In this document: positions 62,340 to 64,000 of the stretch, piece by piece
Position numbering within the stretch: position 1 is the first letter of the stretch
Layout: every line of letters starts with the position of its first letter
Assembly: GCA_011109175.1 (NCBI GenBank)
Contig: RDEW01000060.1
Span: 188,432 to 252,431, forward strand
From: Dicyema japonicum
Lineage: Eukaryota > Animalia > Dicyemida
Reading direction: 5' to 3'
DNA length: 64,000 nt
The notes under the pieces: model-generated
The model's input: the letters and a program-made list of their open reading frames with translations, nothing else
What the model was told of the DNA's origin: nothing
Databases searched by the model: none
Position numbers and translations under genes: made by a program

Positions 62340-64000
62340 CACCAGTCACAACATCAAAATGAACTGAAGAACTGTTTTCGACTCAGAAACTGTTTCAGGC
62401 TCTGCATCCACTGTTTAAGTTTGTTCACGTTCTCTTCGTACCTTTTCCTCTGCTCTTCAACCTTCAATTAGTACATCCCCCTTTTTTCCTTAATGTACAC
62501 ACAATTTTAATGCAAAATATTAAAATTTGACCTTATTAACTTTATCACTTCCTAATCATCACATAAACTACCGATAAAAACAATTTCATCAGATTATCTC
62601 CTCTCACTTAGATTTCCCAGACAAAAGAGTTAAAAAAATGTCCGAATAAACAATGAAATCGTATAAATTGTTCGAAAATCTCCGGTATTCCTCATAATAC
62701 CTGACAACCACGTGACAACACGGATGGGTCAAATAAACAGCTTGAGGACCACCAGTGAGTGAATCATGTTATGTTTACTCATCCTTCCCCACTCTACCAA
62801 TCACCCCACTCATGCTGTTCCACGTGTCATTCAGAAACACACCAACTCCTCGTCAGAGAAAGGCAACAGACTCGTCACCATCTAAGTCACCACCATAACT
62901 ACAGAATAGCTAGAAAGGCCCTCTGCTAACTCTGCCAGTCCAGGACACGTGGTCGAATACACCCTATTTACCATCGACATTAACATATCGCGCTAATGCA
63001 ACCGCAGACATGACAGTACCAGTGGTTAAAAAAGGCGTCAATTTCCACAGTAACCCAGGGACCAACCTTTTCGACGATTCTCTAAATAAATCCATTCCTT
63101 ACTCTGAAGACTCTTTATGGACTCAATCAGCAGTACGTGGACCCCACATAATTACAGATATGTACAACTTCTGACTGCAATTGGGCGGCTTCCTTCTGAC
63201 ATTATCCCCCTACTCTACCATTATCTCATTGAACTGATCAAGCACGTGGGCAAACACCTTTTCTATCAAGCATTCTATGGCACGTAACCCCATCAACAAA
63301 TACAACGCCTCCATATCTACCATTACCATACTCCAACCTTGTCGTAATGTGTAGTCCTTCAAGTCGAACACGTGAGTACCCTCATTTGCACACAACCACA
63401 TGAAACAGTCACAAAAGAAAGAGTAGATCATTTCTATCCGTGCCTCCGCCTTCAGCAGAGGACAATGTACCTTAGTAACCACCAAGTTACTACCAGGGTG
63501 CAATTCGGTGCTGTAGAAATTTTTGGTTCCTAATCTCAGTGAAGTTCACCCACAGCCCATTATTAAGTGAGCCCATACAACGTGTCCAACCAACTAGGAA
63601 TAATAGAACCCCTAACAAACAGCAGAATCACTCAATGAAGACGAATATTGAGGGAAGACATGTGATCATTGCGGCGTTGCTTTAATGTGAGCTTTCCTCT
63701 ATCAGTCTTAAGAGTAGGGCACTCTCAAACTGCCTTCCCTGATGCTCCGTATATACGGAAAGTCCTTGACAACGAAATAATCGATTTCATAAAGTTGGAC
63801 CTACTGTGACCATAATAACCCACGTGGTCTCTAAGTACTCGTTATTGTTGGATAAGGATATCTCCGACTTGCTTTTCGACTGCTTCCTGAATATATGACC
63901 CAACATTCTATGTCCAACACAACGGGATCTAAAGCCTTTACCAACCCACGTGTCACCTGTTCTGTAAACTTCAGCCTAGTGTATTAGACATTCTTGATAT
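62340..64000 (-). pseudogene. Partial, disrupted multi-exon membrane-protein gene, possibly TRP-channel-like
   Basis: Regular ~20-27 nt GT-AG introns; hydrophobic exons; RIVEKVGPWV (S4-S5-linker-like), VVLKLFI...YYEEY..FS (S6/TRP-box-like) and a C-terminal coiled-coil-like exon; several stops and frameshifts. Confidence 0.3.

Noticed and set aside
61857-62465. Tandem duplication at the 3' end of the last gene
   Set aside because: Straddles the single N at 62232; most likely two haplotypes or overlapping contigs

Overview
This is eukaryotic (animal) nuclear DNA, AT-rich and dense in transposon remnants; it is not prokaryotic. Genes are split by very short GT-AG introns (mostly 21-32 nt), so the ORF track shows only exon pieces and misses some genes entirely. 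Splicing by hand gives an endosulfine/ARPP19 gene (20756-21012), TTC7 (30570-33662, minus), STK33 (38725-39945), NOL6 (40063-43786), NDUFV2 (51394-52241), a CXorf65/C22orf15-family gene (54159-54657) and tRNA-Lys(CTT). It also gives a disrupted reprolysin-like plus double C-type-lectin gene (17760-18810, minus), an orphan gene (27684-~28750) and a disrupted, possibly TRP-like gene at the right end. Tiny introns at positions shared with vertebrates point to a dicyemid mesozoan or similar reduced parasite (inference only). Between the genes are remnants of APE-type LINEs (two with a 2A-like motif), R4/Dong-like and CRE-like RLE retrotransposons, RTE, Penelope-like, hAT/Buster and other elements, a tRNA-derived SINE and an unclassified ~250 bp repeat. 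Larger structures are a ~31-copy 93-bp palindrome-rich satellite between diverged direct repeats, a >=1.5 kb inverted duplication enclosing the endosulfine gene, and a clear excess of CACGTG. Two N-gaps, single-N joins with flanking duplications and scattered 1-nt indels show the assembly is error-prone, so some frameshifts may be artefacts. All family assignments come from recalled motifs; no searches were run.
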